From Clostridiaceae bacterium (GTDB taxonomy: Bacteria > Bacillota > Clostridia > CAYPLH01 > DUMO01), in NCBI GenBank assembly GCA_012839865.1, contig DUMO01000072.1, forward strand, positions 53,252-73,251: a DNA stretch of 20,000 nucleotides, in the 5' to 3' direction. Each line of letters begins with the position of its first letter. The stretch's first letter is position 1. Of the stretch, positions 16,574 through 20,000 are shown in pieces. The notes under the pieces were generated by a model. The model had not been told where the DNA came from, made no database searches, and saw only the letters and a list, made by a program, of their open reading frames with translations. Made by a program: the position numbers and the translations under genes.

Positions 16574-16614
16574 AAAATCGGGAGAGAATGTTGTTACTCT
16601 CCCGATTTTATTTT
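16574..16614 (+). terminator. Intrinsic terminator after the fusion gene (possibly bidirectional)
   Basis: 13-bp perfect stem AAAATCGGGAGAG (16574-16586) / CTCTCCCGATTTT (16597-16609), followed by ATTTT. Confidence 0.85.
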
Positions 16615-16840
16615 ACGGGAAAAGGGGGCGGGTATGCTGTCCCACATTTGCCCCAACCTCTTAACCCTGTCTGGCCCCTTGTCCATTATTCTTTCTGAAT
16701 GCAGGATTCTTCCAAGGAAATATAATTCTGAAAATGAATATCTTTAATTACCGAGGCATACGTTTTATAAAGACTTTTAGCGGATTTTTTGTTCAACGGA
16801 CTTTGATGAGTGATAAATCCGTAACAGATGAGGTGCCGAA

Positions 16841-17119
16841 ATGGATAAGGTAATAAGAGATATTTTGCATAGGATTAAGAGCCTGGAAGATGAGAACAGG
16901 AAAAACCGGGAACATTTGACCATGGTTTTAAATCGGCAGGAGATACTGCATAAGCGCCTGGAAAGCCTTGAAAAAAAGGTGAATAATGATAACCGGTACT
17001 TGAAAATGCGGAAAGAATTCAAATATCTATGGGAAGATATCAGAAAAATCGATGATAGAATCACTGAAATGAATAAAGGCACCGATGCCGATTTCTGTTT
17101 GCCAAAAGCTGCTTTTTGA
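16841..17119 (+). CDS. Small hypothetical coiled-coil protein (92 aa)
   Basis: RBS GAGGTG (16830-16835) 5 nt before the ATG; heptad-like, charged helical sequence (IKSLEDE, LESLEKK, IRKIDDRITEM). Confidence 0.65.
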   Translation: MDKVIRDILHRIKSLEDENRKNREHLTMVLNRQEILHKRLESLEKKVNNDNRYLKMRKEFKYLWEDIRKIDDRITEMNKGTDADFCLPKAAF

Positions 17120-17347
17120 GAGCCTTTCTGAATAGTATTCCGTTAAAAGGATGCTGTAGTAGCGAAAAAAAATAATGTCGATGAAATAGCTTACAGAGTA
17201 TTAAATGGAGATGGCCCAGGTAACCCTTGCATATATCCTTATTAAATAAGACCAATCTATATCCAGTAATGCTTTGTGTTTCCATCTGCTTATATTAAGC
17301 TTGTCGACTAAGTAAGAAAAAAATGAAAGCTAAAAAGGCCTCTGATA

Positions 17348-17356
17348 TGCTACAAT
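17348..17356 (+). promoter_or_regulatory. Extended -10 promoter candidate for the permease locus
   Basis: TGcTACAAT about 35 nt upstream of ATG 17392; no good -35. Confidence 0.4.
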
Positions 17357-17391
17357 ATAGTACAAACATTATTGTGTTTAGGAGATTCGTT

Positions 17392-19314
17392 ATGATATTT
17401 GAGATTTGCATAAAGAAGCTGCTGCGAACACCTATAAAGTCATTTCTGTTTTTTCTTTTGCTTACTGTATGCGGAATATTATTGAGTCTGGGCGGTAGTC
17501 TCCTTATTACCGCGAAAGACATAGCCAAAAAAGTAAATGACGAGTTTACCACCATAGCAGTACCTAACGTAATAAAGATACGCACTGATTCCGGGGGCGA
17601 TCATGCCTGGGTTATAGATGGGAAGATAACCCGAGGTAAGGACAACTAAGCTGAGATCAGCAAAGCGGAAAGTGAACTGTATTATCGTGTAATGGAAGCC
17701 GGAGAGCAAGCGGGGATAGGTAATAAAGACCCAAGAAGATTATTTTATGCTTATTCAAAAAACCTGCTGCCGCCGATACCAATAGAAGCAGATTTGTTTG
17801 GCATTCCTTCCCGTTTTGCTGTCTTTGAGGCCGCTTGTACCAGTATTGAAAAGGAAACATCTGAAACTGTGATTCTTAACCAAAGATATGAAACTATTTC
17901 TTATACAATTGAATGGGAAGTAATAGATTCACTGGCATTGCATCCGTCATACCAGGTACCGAAGGCTTTACTGACCACCATAACCACTTCGTATGACTAT
18001 GCATACAGCCAAATCGAGCAGGGAAAGAGGTATTTGATTGCCGGAGAAGTTAGGAATATACCAAAGCTTAATGAGACAAAGGCGCCACCTGTTAGTTTTA
18101 TTTTTTTTCGTGCAACAGATGGCTCTATTCCGTGCATACCACTAAAAGATGGAATCTCCGCAGGTGATTTTCTGAACTCAAAAGATGGCGGCAGTTTCAG
18201 GCAGCTTGTCAATAATTGCATATTGTTAGTTAATTCAGTTAATGTTATAACAACGAACGATCTTGACAGCGTGCTGCATTTTAACCTGAGGAGAGCCAAT
18301 ATTATAAAAGGAAGAAAGATAATGCCTGAAGAGTACGGGCAGGGAAACAGGGTATGTTTTGTAAGTTCAGAATTGGCGGAATATAATAACATAAATATTG
18401 GAGACTTTATAACGCTGACTCTTGCGAATGCAAGTTGTAGAAAATTGAACTTAATTTCCGGAACATTCTGGTATCCTGTAGCAGATCCGTTTTCAATTCA
18501 ATACTCTTCCGAAGAACAGTTTGAGGTAGTCGGCATTTACCGTACTCCTGAGTGGAAAAACAATGAATATGCACTATTCCCCAATACTATATTCATTCCT
18601 TCCAGGTCGGTAAGCTCCATTAATATTAGTCAGCCGATACAGGATAACACGCAAATGGATTATGATTACCCACCAATACTTTATTCCATAGTCATCCCAA
18701 ACAACAGGCTGGAAACATTTAAGGAATCGGTGAAGCAAACAGGGCTTGGACAGTATTTTTCGTATTATGACCAGGGATACTCTTATGTAAGTATGGTGTT
18801 GGAAACACTAATGCAAAATGCAATTATATTATTTTGCTTTTGCGTTGCTGCAGGGGTATTTGTCTGGATTCTTTTTATCCTGCTGTACATAATGAAAGAC
18901 AAATATACTACGGGAGTAATGCTGTATCTCGGGACAGAGACAAAAAAATGCTTTGCATATTTGTTCATTTCCAGTTTGCTGCTAATCATCCTCTCATCGT
19001 TATGCAGCGCAGTTATAAGTGATGCTTTGGAAGAAAAAGTAACGAAATATTCTCATGAACTGGCGATGGAGCAATGCGCCTTCAACGATGATTTCAGCGA
19101 TATGAAAAGTGAAAGCCTGAATTATAATTTATATACTGAAAATTCAGATACTATGGGGAAAAATACATATAATTCATTGGATTTGAACCCGATAAAAACC
19201 GCTGCTCTCTGTTCAGTGCTGCAATCAGTCATTTTGGTGATCGCAGGAGCTGTTTCCATATTCTCTGTATTAAGAAAAAATCCTATGCTTTTAATGCACA
19301 GCAAGGAGGTATAG
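17392..19314 (+). pseudogene. FtsX/MacB-like ABC permease interrupted by an in-frame TAA at 17647-17649
   Basis: Track ORFs 17323..17649 and 17692..19314 share a frame, and the 14 codons between the TAA and ATG 17692 are open. RBS AGGAGA precedes ATG 17392. Topology: one N-terminal TM, a large extracytoplasmic domain and three C-terminal TMs. Confidence 0.8.
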
Positions 19315-19316
19315 CA

Positions 19317-19754
19317 TTGTTTGTCTTTTCGTATATCGCCAAACATATATGTCGAAGTTATATTAAGTGTTTAAGCGTTGCATGTATTTGTATGTCCTTT
19401 GTTATCCTGCTTTGCGGGCTTAGGAATTTAATAAGAAGACAAGAAGCCGAATTGGATAAAATATACAGAACAATGCCTATACATGTTGAAGTGTCCGATA
19501 TCAAGGGGAAAAGAGATAATTTATTTATCAGGGATTATTATATTGATTTTTTTGCCTCGGAGAAATATGAATTAGCAGCTTATTTAAAAGACATATGCTT
19601 AAAGCGAACCTTGATTATTACGGAATTACTCGCTCATGAAGAAAATATATATGTTATTGTGGTCACGCATGATATTTCTGTTTCTGAACAAGCAGACATA
19701 GTAATAAAAATGACTGATGGAAAATTCATAGAAGAAAAAACTGCTTATAATTAA
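19317..19754 (+). pseudogene. Deletion-fusion remnant: N-terminus of a second FtsX-like permease joined in frame to the C-terminus of a LolD/MacB-like ABC ATPase
   Basis: RBS AAGGAGGT (19303-19310) and TTG start. The first ~100 aa resemble a permease N-terminus (one TM plus the start of an extracellular domain). The last ~45 aa, LAHEENIYVIVVTHDISVSEQADIVIKMTDGK, are the H-loop tail of an ATPase; Walker A, signature and Walker B are absent. Confidence 0.8.
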
Positions 19755-20000
19755 TATTATTTACGGGAACCTCTTAAATCTTTTTTCAGCTTGATTGCAC
19801 GGTAAGAAACAAATTGCATATTCTTATGAAAATATTAACCTGATAATAAAGTTATGGTGCTAACTTCTAAAGACGGATCAAGTCCAGATTAGTGTGTAAA
19901 TTCCTCAGTTATCAATAAGCTTATCTGATATACGCAATATTGCTTTGATCATTGATTTGTTTTTGCTCTTCTTGCCACTGAAGGTATTCACTCATATCCA

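Noticed and set aside
16777..17082. 101-aa minus-strand ORF
   Set aside because: It is the antisense shadow of 16841..17119, which has the RBS and the coherent coiled-coil composition.
17647..17649. Selenocysteine or pyrrolysine recoding in the permease
   Set aside because: The codon is TAA, not TGA or TAG, and the neighbouring gene is also broken, which favours decay.
1..20000. tRNA, rRNA, intact IS element, integrase or prophage
   Set aside because: No such sequence or ORF was recognised anywhere in the window.

Overview
A 20 kb chromosomal window that looks like a clostridial (Bacillota) anaerobe, judging by its sigma-A promoters, GGAGG ribosome-binding sites and gene content. From left to right it holds: the 5' tip of a minus-strand gene; a degenerate palindromic REP-like repeat cluster; an EgsA/AraM-like glycerol-1-phosphate dehydrogenase with a NagD/AraL-like HAD phosphatase; a coupled two-gene operon of a divergent Ddl-like ATP-grasp ligase and a lysine-type KamA radical SAM aminomutase, preceded by a long leader hairpin with a U-tract; a minus-strand MarR + heterodimeric ABC exporter operon; an AraC regulator; a TetR - Gfo/Idh/MocA oxidoreductase - 882-aa flavo-Fe-S fusion operon; a small coiled-coil ORF; and a decaying FtsX/LolD-type ABC locus with one in-frame nonsense codon and one in-frame deletion fusion. 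The strongest candidates for undescribed biology are (i) the 882-aa protein, which has all modules of a dihydropyrimidine dehydrogenase in a rearranged order (PreA-like FMN barrel first, then a circularly permuted GltD/PreT module, then a ferredoxin) with altered pyrimidine-binding residues and a Gfo/Idh/MocA partner, and (ii) the ATP-grasp + KamA operon, which could make a beta-lysine amide under attenuator control. All family assignments come from motif recognition by eye. No database search was run.
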